Part shown: one piece after another, positions 30,001-42,157 of the stretch
How the letters are laid out: every line of letters begins with the position of its first letter
Position numbering within the stretch: the stretch's first letter is position 1
Assembly: GCF_006345805.1 (NCBI RefSeq)
Contig: NW_021832229.1
Coordinates: 1-64,000 of the forward strand
Length of the DNA stretch: 64,000 bases
From: Octopus sinensis
Taxonomy: Eukaryota
Reading direction: 5' to 3'
Translations under genes and position numbers: made by a program
Notes under the pieces: model-generated
The model's input: only the letters and a program-made list of their open reading frames with translations
Databases searched by the model: none
Told to the model about the DNA's origin: nothing

Positions 30001-33000
30001 AGAGCATCCAGACAATAAGCGCATTCAGACAATATGAGCATCCAGACAATAACATCATCCAGACAATAACAGCATCCAGATAATAAAAGCATACAGAAAA
30101 TAAGAGCATCCAGACAATAACAGCATTCAGACAATAAGTGCATTCAGACAATAAGAGCATACAGACAATAAGAGCATCCAGACAATAAGAGCATACAGAC
30201 AATAAGAGCATACAGACCATAAGAGCATCCAGACAATAACAGCATCCAGACAATAAGTGCATTCACACAATAAGAGCATACAGACAATAAGAGCATACAG
30301 AAAGTAAGAGCATTCAGACAATAACAGCATCCAGACGAAAAGAGCATTCAGACTATAAGAGCAACCAGACCATAAGTGCATTCAGACAATAAGAGCATAC
30401 AGACAATTAGGGCATGCAGACAATAACAACTTTCAGAAAATAAGTGCATTCAGACAATAACAGCATCCAGACAATAAGTGCATTCAGAGAATTAGTGCAT
30501 TCAGACAATAAGACCATCCAGACAATAAGAGCATCCAGACAATAACAGCATCCAGACAATAAGTGCATTCAGACAATAAGAGCAACCAGACAATAAGTAC
30601 ATTCAGACGATAAGAGCATCCAGACATTAAGTGCATTCAGGCAATAAGAGCATACAGACAATAAGAACATACAGACAATAAGAGCATATAGACAATAAGA
30701 GCTTCCAGACAATAAGCGCATTCAGACAATAAGGGCATCTAGACAATAAGACCATCCAGACAATAAGAGCATCCAGACAATAAGTGCATTCAGACAATAA
30801 GAGCATTCAGACAATAAGACCATCCAGACAATAAGAGCTTTCAGACAATAAGTGCATTCACACAATAAGAACATCAAGACAATAAGACCATCCAGACAAT
30901 AAGAGCATTCAGACAATAAGTGCATTCAGACAATAAGAGCATCCAGACAATAAGGGCATATCCAGACAATAACAGTATTCAGACAATAAGAGCATGCAGA
31001 CAATAAGAGCATTCAGACAATAAGTGCATTCAGACAATAAGAGCATCAAGACACTAAGACCATCCAGACAATAGGAGCATCCAGACAATAAGAGTATCCA
31101 GACAATAAGAGCATCCAGACAGTAACAGCATCCAGACAATAAGAGCATCCAGACAATAAGTGCATTCAGACAATAAGAGCATCCAGACAATAAGTGCATT
31201 CAGACAATAAGACCATCCAGACAATAAGAGCATCCAGACAATAAGAGCATCCAGGCAATAAGAGCATACAGACAATAAGAGCATACAGACAATAAGAGCA
31301 TCCAGACAATAAGTGCATCCAGACAATGAGTGCACTCAGACAATAAGAGCATCCAGACAATAAGTGCATTCAGACAATAAGACCATCCAGCCAATAAGAC
31401 CATCCAGACAATGAGAGCTTCCAGACAATGAGACCATCCAGACAATAAGAGCATCCAGGCAATAAGAGAATACAGACAATAAGACCATCCAGACAATAAG
31501 ACCATCCAGACAATAAGAGCATCCATGCAATAAGAGCATACAGGCAATAAGAGCATGCAGACAATAATTGCGATCAGACAATAAGATCATCCATAGAATA
31601 AGAGCATCCAGACAATAAGAGCATCCAGACAATGAAAGCATCCAGACAATATGAGCATCCAGACAATAAGAGCATCCAGACAATAAGAGCATCCAGACAA
31701 TCAGAGCATCCACACAATAAGAGCATCCACACAATAAGTGCATCCAGACAATAAGAGCATCCAGACAATAAGTGCATTCAGACAATAAGAGCATCCAGAC
31801 AATAAGTGCATTCAGACAATAAGACCATCCAGACAATAAGACCATCCAGACAATAAGTGCTTTCAGACAATAAGTGCATTCAGACAATAAGAACATCAAG
31901 ACAATAAGACCATCCAGACAATAAGAGCTTTCTGACAATAAGTGCATTCAGACAATAAGACCATCCAGACAATAAGACCATCCAGACAATAAGAGCTTTC
32001 AGACAATAAGTGCATTCAGACAATAAGAGCATACAGATAATAAGAGCTTATACAGACAATAACAGCATTCAGACAATAAGTGCATTCAGACAATAGGAGC
32101 ATCCAGACAATAAGAGCATCCAGACAATAAGAGCACCCAGGGAATAAGAGCATACAGACAGTAAGTGCATACAGACAATAAGAGCATCCAGACAATAAGA
32201 GCATCTAGACAATAAGACCATCCAGACAATAGGAGCATCCAGACAATAAGAGCATCCAGACAATAAGAGCATCCAGACAATAAGAGCATACAGACAATAA
32301 GAGCATCCAGACAATAAGAGCATACAGACAATAAGAGCATCCAGACAATAAGAGCATCCAGACAATAAGTGCATCCAGACAATAAGAGCATCAAGACAAT
32401 AAGACCATCCAGACAATAGGAGCATCCAGACAATAAGAGCATCCAGACAATAAGAGCATCCAGGCAATAAGAGCATACAGACAATCAGTGCATTCAGACA
32501 ATAAGACCATCCAGACAATGAGAGCTTCCAGACAATTGGACCATCCAGACAATAAGAGCATCCAGGCAATAAGAGCTTACAGGCAATAAGAGCATACAGA
32601 CAATATGCGCATTCAGACAATAAGAGCATCCAGATAATGCGTGCATTCAGACAATAAGAGCATCCAGACAATATGAGCATCCACACAATAACAGCATCCA
32701 GACAATAAGTTCATTCAGACAATGAGAGCATACAGACAATAAGAGCATATAGACAAGAAGTGCATTCAGGCAATATGAGCATCCAGACAATAAGACCATC
32801 CAGACAATAAGACCATCCAGACAATAAGACCATCCAGAGAAATAGAGCATCCAGACAGTTAGAGCATCTAGACAATAAGAGCATCCAGACAATAAAAGCA
32901 TCCAGACAATCAGAGCATACAGACAATAAGTGCATACAGACAATAAGCATCCAGACAATAATTGCAATCAGACAATAAGATCATCCATAGAATAAGAGCA

Positions 33001-35290
33001 TCCAGACAATAAGAGCATCCAGACAATAGTGCATTCAGACAATTAGAGCATCCAGACAATAAGAGCATCCACAATAAGAGCATCCACACAATAAGTGCAT
33101 CCACACAATAAGAGCATCCACACAATAAGTGCATCCAGACAATAAGTGCATTCAGACAATAAGAGCATCCAGACAATATGAGCATCCACACAATAACAGC
33201 ATCCAGACAATAAGTGCATTCAGACAATGAGAGCATACAGACAATAAGAGCATATAGACAAGAAGTGCATTCAGGCAATAAGAGCATCCAGACAATAAGA
33301 CCATCCAGACAATAAGACCATCCAGACAATAAGACCATCCAGAGAAATAGAGCATCCAGACAGTAAGAGCATCTAGACAATAAGAGCATCCAGACAATAA
33401 AAGCATCCAGACAATCAGAGCATACAGACAATAAGTGCATACAGACAATAAGAGCATCCAGACAATAATTGCAATCAGACAATAAGATCATCCATAGAAT
33501 AAGAGCATCCAGACAATAAGAGCATCCAGACAATAAGTGCATTCAGACAATTAGAGCATCCAGACAATAAGAGCATCCAGACAATAAGAGCATCCACACA
33601 ATAAGTGCATCCACACAATAAGAGCATCCACACAATAAGTGCATCCAGACAATAAGTGCATTCAGACAATAAGAGCATCCAGACAATATGAGCATCCACA
33701 CAATAACAGCATCCAGACAATAAGTGCATTCAGACAATGAGAGCATACAGACAATAAGAGCATATAGACAAGAAGTGCATTCAGGCAATAAGAGCATCCA
33801 GACAATAAGACCATCCAGACAATAAGACCATCCAGACAATAAGACCATCCAGAGAAATAGAGCATCCAGACAGTAAGAGCATCTAGACAATAAGAGCATC
33901 CAGACAATAAAAGCATCCAGACAATCAGAGCATACAGACAATAAGTGCATACAGACAATAAGAGCATCCAGACAATAATTGCAATCAGACAATAAGATCA
34001 TCCATAGAATAAGAGCATCCAGACAATAAGAGCATCCAGACAATAAGTGCATTCAGACAATTAGAGCATCCAGACAATAAGAGCATCCAGACAATAAGAG
34101 CATCCACACAATAAGTGCATCCACACAATAAGAGCATCCACACAATAAGTGCATCCAGACAATAAGTGCATTCAGACAATAAGAGCATCCAGACAATAAA
34201 AGCATCCAGACAATCAGAGCATACAGACAATAAAAGCGTGCAGACAATAAGAGCATACAGACAATAAGACCATCCAGACAATAAGACCGTCCAGACAATA
34301 AGAGCATTCAGACAATAAGAGCATACAGACAATAAGAGAATACAGACAATAAGAGCATCCAGACAATAAGAGCATCCAGACAATAAGAGCATACAGACAA
34401 TAAGACCGTCCAGACAATAAGAGCATACAGACAATAAGAGCATACAGACAATAAGATCATTGACAATATGAGCATCCAGACAATAAGAGCATCCAGACAA
34501 TAAGAGCATACAGACAATAAGAGCATACAGACAATAAACGCATTCAGACAATAAGAGCATTCAGACAATAAGAGCATCCAGACAATAAGAGCATCCAGAC
34601 AATATCAGCATCCAGAAATAAGAGCATCTACACAATTAGAGCATCCAGACAATAGCAGCATGCAGAGAATAGGAGCATCCACACAATAAGAGCATCTAGA
34701 TTATAAGTATATCCAGATAATAAGAGTATCCATACAATAAAAGTATCCAGACAATAAATGTTTTCAGACAATAAATGCATCCAGACAATAAGAGCATGCA
34801 GACAATAGGAGCATCCATACTATAAGTGGATCCTGGAAATAAGTGCATCCAGACAATTAGAGCATCCAGACAATAAGAGCAACCAGACAATAAGAGCAAC
34901 TAGTCAAAAACAGTATGCAGACAATAGGAGCATCCAGACTATAGGAGCATCCGGACAATAGGAGCAGACATACAATAAGAGCGTCCAGTCAGTAAGAGCA
35001 TCCACACAATAAGAGCATCCAGACAATAGGAACTTTCAGACAATAAGAGCATCCACACAATAAGAGCATCCAGACAATAGGAGTATCTAGACAATAATAG
35101 TATCCAGACAATAAGTGCATGCAGACAATAGGTACAGCCATACAATAAGAGCTTCTAAACAATAAGAGCATCTAATTAACAGGTGCATGCAGACAATAAT
35201 AGCCTCCAGACAATAATAGCATCCAGACAATAAGAGCATCCAGACAAGAAGTGCTTCTAGACAATAGGAGCATCCATACACGGACTATAG
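1..35290. repeat. 17-bp tandem satellite/minisatellite array, >=35 kb, open at the left window edge
   Basis: Continuous head-to-tail units AGACAATAAGAGCATCC. Common variants are ...CATAC, ...CATTC, ...AAGTGCAT.., ...AAGACCAT.. and ...AAAAGCATGC. No foreign insertion seen. Units decay from ~34600 and end near 35290. Confidence 0.98.
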
Positions 35291-35865
35291 TAACGCCACG
35301 AAGAAATTCAGGCCACAATGCGGAACGAGTGATTTTTCCTTTACATTTGCATCGTTCCTTCATGAGCATATGCGGTGAAATATTTTCGGAGATAGGGAAT
35401 GTCAGTTCGTATATATTCTATTGCCTTGTTTTCCTTTAAATGATATTTACGTTATACATTTGTTTTCGTATTATAAAGCATATGTACTATATATATATAT
35501 ATATATATATACTGCCTTCGTGTTATCGAAAATATATGTAGATTCTATACATTATTTTCGTGTTATGCTGTATAAAATATATGTCTGTTCTATAAATTGT
35601 TTTCCTGCTATATAATTATGAGGAAATTATACGATATCAATGTCGTTGCTTCAGGTTTCTATCCCTTTCAGACTATAGATAAATTGCTGAGCATTTTTGT
35701 TGGGAGTTTTCATGGCATGCTAAAGATATTTAATTGATGAAGAGGGTACAAGAAAAGTTGTTTGCTTGGCTGACTACATGAAGTGGACAGTATCCGAAAG
35801 TCGTAAGTTAGACTCTCTACTCCATCAATTCCGTCAACATTTCACGAACTTTCTTAATATCTATT

Positions 35866-36073
35866 AATATTGGTTTCAAATTTTGGCAGATTGCCAGCAA
35901 CTTCAGGGGAGGGTGTAGGTCGATTGCATCGACCCCAGTGCTCTACTAGTACTTATTTTATCGACCCCGAAAGGAATGAAAGGCAAAGTCGACCTCGGTG
36001 AAATTTGAACTCAGGAGGTAAAGTCGGACGAAATGCCACTGCGCTAACGATTCTTCTAGCTCGCCGTCTTCGC
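35866..36073 (-). mobile_element. tRNA-derived SINE (GGCGGCGAGCTGGCAGAA-headed family), left arm of a fold-back pair
   Basis: Reverse complement shows the A-box head, B box (GAGTTCAAATT), core GCCTTTCAT(T)CCTTTCGGGGTCGATAAAATAAGTAC and tail ...GCCAAAATTTGAAACCAATATT. There is a small deletion between the boxes. Confidence 0.85.
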
Positions 36074-36103
36074 CTTGATTAATATTAATAAATATTAATC
36101 AAG

Positions 36104-36319
36104 GCGAAGGCGGCGAGCTGGTAGAATCATTGGCACGCCAGGCAAAATGCTTAATGGCATTTCGGCCGTCTTTACGTTCTGATTCAAATTCCGCCGAGGT
36201 CAACTTTGCCTTTCATCCTTTTGGGGTCGATAAAATAAGTATCAGTTGAACATTGGGATCGTTGTAATTGACTTACCCATCTCCCAGTAATTGCTGGCCT
36301 TCTGCCAAAATTTGAAATC
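36104..36319 (+). mobile_element. tRNA-derived SINE, same family, right arm of the fold-back pair
   Basis: Head GGCGGCGAGCTGGTAGAATC, B box GATTCAAATTCC, same core. Flanked by AATATTAATCAAG (36091-36103) and AATGTTAATCAAG (36320-36332), a possible 13-bp TSD. Confidence 0.85.
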
Positions 36320-36334
36320 AATGTTAATCAAGAT

Positions 36335-36552
36335 GACGATATGGCAGAATCGTTAGTGTGTCGGGCAACATGCTTAGCGTAATTTTTTCGTGCTCTTTAC
36401 GTTCTAAGCTCATATCTCGCTGAAGTCACCATTTTCCTTCATCCTTTAGGGGTCGATTAAATAAAGTGTCAGTCAAGTTCAAGGTCGATGTAATCGATTC
36501 ACACCCTCCTCTCAAAACTGCTGGCCTTGTGCCAAAATTAGGAAGAAATATT
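36335..36552 (+). mobile_element. degenerate SINE copy of the same family
   Basis: TGGCAGAATCGTTAG head, CCTTCATCCTTTAGGGGTCGATTAAAT core, GCTGGCCTTGTGCCAAAATT tail. Confidence 0.75.
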
Positions 36553-37132
36553 AATTTACTTCAACTAAATAATACAAAACATCTGAAAACGGAACAGAAT
36601 TGATGAATCGATCTAGAATATTAATGGCAACAACACAAAAATTAAGATTAGTAGTCAAGATTAGTACTATGAGCTCAGTTGGCCCAGTCAATACTGTGTC
36701 TGATTACAAGCTGAAATGTCGACCACTTGTGCTCTATCAGTCGCATAGTGATGATTCCATAGTCCTAACATTTACAAAATGCATTCCAGAAGTCTTAAGA
36801 TTTTTCCAGAAGAAACATCTATTTAATTTCAAAGAAGTACAAAACTTTAATTGCCTTCAAATTAGCATCCTCTGACTTCAATATACTTGTTTTGTTGTAA
36901 CGCTCCAGCCCCTTCGTGAAAGCCCCATTGAAGTCCTCCAAAGTGAAGAGTTCAGGACCCTTATCACAGCCTCCTTCATCTTTTCAATGTTTTCAAAACG
37001 ACTGCCCCTGAGATTCTTCTTCGGCTTGGGGAAAAACCAAATGTCACAGGGAGCTTGGTCTGGACTGCAGTGGAGGGGGGAGGTAAGGGTCAGCTTCGAT
37101 GCGCATCTCTTTGAAGTAGCTGTTCACCTGTT

Positions 37133-37750
37133 CGGTGAGCTGGCAGAAACGTTAGCACGCCGGGCGAAATGCTTATTTCGTCTGTCGCTACGTTCTGAGT
37201 TCAAATTCCGCCGAAGTGGACTTTGACTTTCATCCTTTCGGGGTCGATTAAATAAGTACCAGTTACGCACTGGGGTTGAAATAATCGATTTAATCCGTTT
37301 GCCTGTCCTTGTTTGTTCTCTCTGTGTTTAGCCCCTTGTGGGTAGTAAAGAAATAGGTATTTCGTCTGCCGTTACGTTCTGAGTTCAAATTCTGCCGAGG
37401 TCGACTTTGCCTTTCATCCTTTCGGGGTCGATAAATTAAGTACCAGTTACGCACTGGGATCGATGTAATCGACTTAATCCCTTTATCTGTCCTTGTTTGT
37501 CCCCTCTATGTTTAGCCCCTTGTGGCCTTTAAAGAAATAAGAAACGTTAGCACGCCGGGCGAAATGCTTACTTCGTCTGCCGTTACGTTCTGAGTTCAAA
37601 TTCCGCCGAGGTCGACTTTGCCTTTCATCCTTTCTGGGTCGATTAAATAAGTACCAGTTACGCACTTGGGTCGATATAATCGACTTAATCCGTTCGTCTG
37701 TCCTTGTTTGTCCCCTCTGTGTGTAGCCCCTTTGGGCAGTAGAGAAATAA
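37133..37750 (+). mobile_element. SINE trimer (head plus three tandem ~180-200 bp B-box/core/tail units)
   Basis: Three copies of TTCGTCTGCCGTTACGTTCTGAGTTCAAATT...CTTTCATCCTTTC(G/T)GGGTCGA...TAGCCCCTT. The third copy is preceded by a partial head. Confidence 0.9.
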
Positions 37751-38169
37751 GTATGCTCGTCACTGAACCCCCTGTCAACAAACTTTGCACGAATTTTACG
37801 CATATTTAGATTTTCAAGAATAATTCTGTGTTCAATTGCCACACCAATTCGACTGTATGCTTATTGTGTTTTAAGAGATACTCAATGATCTTCAACCAGA
37901 AAACTGCGAATTTTCTCAACCAGCACTATGTTTTGACGTCCCTCTCTCTTCCACACAACTCATAGTCTCTTACATCCTCTCTACCGTCTCTGAACTACAT
38001 GTGCCAGTGAATAAGTTAATTCATAAGGAGTTTGGCGCACTTCATAAATTTCTTTAATATATTCGCCCAGTTCAACACAACATTTTATTGCAAAGCGAAT
38101 TTTATTGCAAAGCGAAACTGCAAACTAGTCAGTTGTGACAAACAGTATTTAGTAGTGTGTATTCAAAGT

Positions 38170-38513
38170 TGTGAAGGCGCATGGCTCAGTGGTTAGAGCG
38201 TCAAGCTTACGATCGTGAGGTTGTGAGCGCGAATCCCGGACCGGGCTGCGTGTTGTGTTCTTGAACAAGACACCTTATTTCACGTTGTTCTAGTTCACTC
38301 AGCTGTAGAAATGAGTTGCGACGTCACAGGTGCCAAGCTGTATCGGCCCATGTTTTTCCCTTGGATAACGCTGGTGGCGTGAAGAGGGGAGGCCAGTATG
38401 CATGGACGACTGCTGGTCGTCTATAAAAACAACCTTGCCCGGAATTGCGCCTGGGAGGGTTACTTTCTAGGTACAATCCCATGGTCAGTGTCGTGACCGA
38501 AGGGGGTCTCAGA
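38170..38513 (+). mobile_element. tRNA-derived SINE with CORE-like central domain
   Basis: A box TGGCTCAGTGG, eroded B box, GTGTTGTGTTCTTGAACAAGACAC...CACTCAGCTGTAGAAATGAGT domain. 9-bp TSD ATTCAAAGT at 38161-38169 and 38514-38522. Confidence 0.85.
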
Positions 38514-39880
38514 ATTCAAAGTACTGTTACAGCTGTCTCCTTCAGTCAAGAATAACAAAGTTGGCAGGTCAGTTTATTAGATGTGTCGTAATGATATCCT
38601 AAAATTACAATGATGTGGGACATTTTTAACTGCCTCTCCTAAAAGTTATCTCAAAAAGCTTATCCCTAAAATAGCGGTTCACTTACCTTTGTGCATATCT
38701 ATGGGTTCTTTAAAATCTTCTAACTCAAAACTTTTTTAAAATTTTCTTCCTAAGAAAGTTCAACTCCAAAAATGCACCTAAGGTGTCTTGCACAATAATT
38801 ATATTCTCTTTTCTTTTCTCCTATATCCATTCTCACATTCTTTCCTCTTTCCTAAGAAAAAAGATATTTTTAACGCAAGTGTGAACTGATTAATACTTAG
38901 TCCGACATTCAACAACTTGTTTTACCCTTATTAACAGTTAAGCTAAGAAATAAACTGAGGCGAAGCAGTGTTGGTGTTCCACTGCCAGTTACAATACCGC
39001 TTTAGTAACTGGATTTGCTTGACTTCACCATTTCAGTATTTAACAATACCAGTTGGAAACACACAGGTCTGATTTAAAACTACGAACTTTGCTCTCTTGC
39101 TACGTCTTTAACAGTCACCGACTGCTACTTTTATATATTATTAACCGTCAGGAAATGTAACACATATTTGCAAAGAATGTAAACTATGATATAAATTTCC
39201 AGTTAACCTTGCAAAAATATTTACGAAGCAACAGAGCAAATGAATCAAATTGTATTTTGGCACGCGATTGCATCTTATACGTTCCACATTGCATTTCGAC
39301 AAATCAGGCTCTTATCCAACAAAGCGTTGCTGTAAATACCAAAGCCTCTAAAAGTATTCGATGACGTGTGGAGTATTAAACAAACCATCAACACACCCAC
39401 ATAACCAACTTCATGGTATCAATATTACAGTTGATATGTGAAGAATGTTGTAGGGCAACAAATGAAGACTTGCCAAAAGCGAGACTGCGATAGGGTTTCA
39501 ATCCTTAGTTGAAGTTATTTTACTTGATTTGCCTTCTTAACACCTGTGGTTATTGGTGGTGGGGATTTTGTAGAGGGGAAAGTGACTGGTAGGAGCGAAT
39601 ATAATAATGATGCTTGTGGTTATGCTTGTTTTCATGCTTGTTCTTAGCAAACCTTATAATAGATGTCCCAGCTGTGAACTTACCGTCTTTATTCAGACAT
39701 TAGTGTGTAGACGCATTATTTAATGCTTTCTCCCCTTTTGCAACGGTAGAATATGATTTGAATGTTATTTTGTAGCTATTTTCGTTGTGCGACCATGCAG
39801 AGGCTCCAGCGAATGCTTTCTTGATGGAGGTGGTTATACTAAGATATTAGCAGAATCTTATCGTGATGGTTATTGCATAT

Positions 39881-39884
<4 letters not shown>

Positions 39885-39925
<41 letters not shown>

Positions 39926-40024
39926 AAATGTATGTACGTAAGTATGTATGCATGTAAATATAATGTATGTATGTATGTATGTATGTATGTATGTATGTAT
40001 GTATGTATGTATGTATGTATGTAT
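39885..40024. repeat. (TG)n and (ATGT)n microsatellites
   Basis: Direct reading. Confidence 0.95.
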
Positions 40025-40350
40025 CTACATGCATATATCCTTCTTCCATCTTTCCTGAAAGTCCATTTAATACACCCTATTTGTTGTTCTTTCACCTCGT
40101 ATTTGTGTTTTCTTTATTTTGGGACTATATATTCAGGGGGTTCGGAATAAATATGATTATTTTTATGTCTCCTTTTTCCGGAACAGCTTTGGGGAACACT
40201 CATCGGCGTTGGAGAACTTCAAGACTAAATTTGTAGTTGAAATAAGTTAGCTCACATAATCGACTGGAAGGCACCAGAATATTGGTTTCAAATTTTGGTA
40301 CAAGACCAGCTATTTTAGGCAATGTAAGTCAATTACATAGACACTAGTGC

Positions 40351-40895
40351 CACCCACATCTTTGAACAGGGCCTTACAGTCAATTCAAATGGTCATGTGA
40401 AGCTGCTGGAGATTGTCGTCAAACTCTGGCGGGAAAGGGTTGCTGCTGGAAGGCCATTTGTGTGGCACCAAGTTTCAGTTCCTTTCCGTACCTCTGGAAA
40501 AAGTCATAAGAAGCTGTTCGAGAATTCTAGGACTTCGCCAGCCCCAATTTCTCGCCTCGTAATTCCCCACATAGCAATCTCATTTATTACTCATTATTAC
40601 GTGGGGTGCAATTGAGAAAGACACTACCGCTCTGTCGGCAACACCAAGGCCGTTTTGGTGGCGAAGATCAAGGAAGTCTTCAAAGATCATCTCAGGGACA
40701 CACTGAGGAATGTATGTACCGAGTTCCGGAGCCATCTCTTGAAGCCGTGGTGGAAGCTGAGGGCGGCTACTTCGAATAAACTGTTATCTCCCAGCCATAA
40801 TCTAGTAGATTTTTTTTTAACATTTTTATTTTGTGATGGGATATTATGCATTCTTTTCCCTTTATGAAAACTGTCAAATTTAATCTGAAAACCCT
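40351..40895 (+). mobile_element. 3-prime half of a decayed Tc1/mariner element (DD37D/maT-like)
   Basis: Frameshifted remnants PHIFEQGL..., KLWRERVAAGRPFVWHQVSVP..., LVAKIKEVFKD..., EAVVEAEGGYFE*. Ends ...AATCTGAAACCCTG followed by TA. Catalytic spacing cannot be counted exactly in this copy. Confidence 0.75.
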
Positions 40896-41146
40896 GTAGA
40901 TATGTAAGCTATGGTAATTAAAGGAACACAAAGAAGCGTTGACTGAAATATTGTTATATACAGTCTTATTTAATATGATTGTGGACATTAGTACAGGGAA
41001 ATACTATAGGCATCACAAGTAATCTCGGGAGAAAAATTCTTTTAAACAATACGTCTATAAAGAGATTTTTTTCTCTCGAGACAACTTGTGCAGCCTTTCG
41101 CCTTTCTATGTTCGAACGTTCATATATATGTGAAATAATCCTGGAA

Positions 41147-41152
<6 letters not shown>

Positions 41153-41195
<43 letters not shown>

Positions 41196-41243
41196 CATAC
41201 ATACATACATACTACATACATACATACATACATACATACATAC

Positions 41244-41274
<31 letters not shown>

Positions 41275-41280
41275 CATACA
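41153..41280. repeat. (AT)n-(ACAT)n compound microsatellite
   Basis: Direct reading. Confidence 0.95.
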
Positions 41281-41620
41281 ACCACACTCCTCTCCTATAT
41301 CCAGTGCGGTACGACATGGGGCATCAAACTACGAGACAGGCTAGTGTGCGGAATATGAGCCTTATAATAGTATTAATAACATACAAAAACACTGAGGGGG
41401 TGATTTAAGATTATATAATATTTCAACATGCAACTATATAATCCAAGCCGTTACTTTGACAAAACTCGTGTACGTTTTATATACCATATATGCTTTCTGC
41501 ATTTTACTAATATTATATACATATACATATATATACACGCACATAATTTTGTGTGTGTGTGTGTGAAAAATTGAAAATGGAGACAAACGCTCATGATGTT
41601 ATTAAATCATTTATATCTTC

Positions 41621-41714
41621 ATATCATCTACATATGTTTCGATGGATGCATTCAAAATACATCCGACAGGATGAATAACGCTGAGCAATGCATCAATCTT
41701 ATCAGGAAGGATAT
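41621..41714 (-). ncRNA. type I hammerhead ribozyme motif with one core lesion (G8>A)
   Basis: Minus strand reads atatccttc-CTGATAA-gattgatgcatt..aatgcatccatc-GAAAC-ATAT-GTA-gatgatat. Stem II is 11/12 bp, stem III is the palindrome ACATATGT, and the cleavage triplet is GUA. Stem I is imperfect. Confidence 0.65.
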
Positions 41715-41748
41715 CTCTTAAATGTTTATTTGATGAGCACTGTTGTTT

Positions 41749-41842
41749 ATATCATCCCTGATGAGATTGGTGCATTGCTCAACATTATTTATCCTGTCGG
41801 ATGTATTTTGAATGCATCCATCGACACATGTGTAGATGATAT
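41749..41842 (+). ncRNA. type I hammerhead ribozyme motif with one core lesion (A14>C)
   Basis: atatcatc-c-CTGATGA(41758-64)-gattggtgcatt..aatgcatccatc-GACAC-ATGT-GTA-gatgatat. 8-bp stem I with a 1-nt bulge and 11/12-bp stem II. Confidence 0.65.
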
Positions 41843-42104
41843 GAAGATATAAATGATTTAATAACATCTTGAGCGTTTGTCTCCATTTTCAATTTTTCCT
41901 GTTCTCCTAAATACGTCTCGCTTCTTCACGGAATTAAGTCCCACACAAGTGTGATCATTGATTCTAGGACACTTAAGCGACATTTGGCTACCTTGTAATT
42001 ATTCCTCTGAATCTTTCCTATAAAGCGAACACTCACGCGCACACACACACACACACACAACACACACACACACATATATATATATATAATATATATATAT
42101 ATAT

Positions 42105-42157
<53 letters not shown>

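Larger units (their letters stand above)
36775..38588 (-). mobile_element. decayed mariner-type DNA transposon, interrupted by two SINEs and lacking most of the catalytic domain
   Basis: Minus-strand remnants: N-terminal FAIKCCVELG..., HRIILENLNMRKIRAKFVDRGFSDE (ORF 37483-37842), and C-terminal CSPDQAPCDIWFFPKPKKNLRGSRFENIEKMKEAV and KYIEVRG. Putative ends abut TA at 36773-74 and 38589-90. TIR match is weak, so the outer boundaries are uncertain. Confidence 0.7.
41565..41898. repeat. long inverted repeat, ~150-bp arms with 34-bp spacer
   Basis: 41565-41714 is the reverse complement of 41749-41898 with scattered mismatches. Confidence 0.95.

Noticed and set aside
24-34577. Roughly 200 minus-strand Cys/Leu-rich ORFs up to 718 aa
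   Set aside because: All are translations of the 17-bp repeat in overlapping frames. There are no unique domains, and stops come from a common monomer variant.
1-35290. CRISPR-like or coded array
   Set aside because: Units are contiguous with only point variants. There are no unique spacers and no cas genes, and the context is eukaryotic.
38680-38855. Minus-strand donor AAAG|GTAAGT with upstream acceptors
   Set aside because: The two good acceptors give stops in all three frames.
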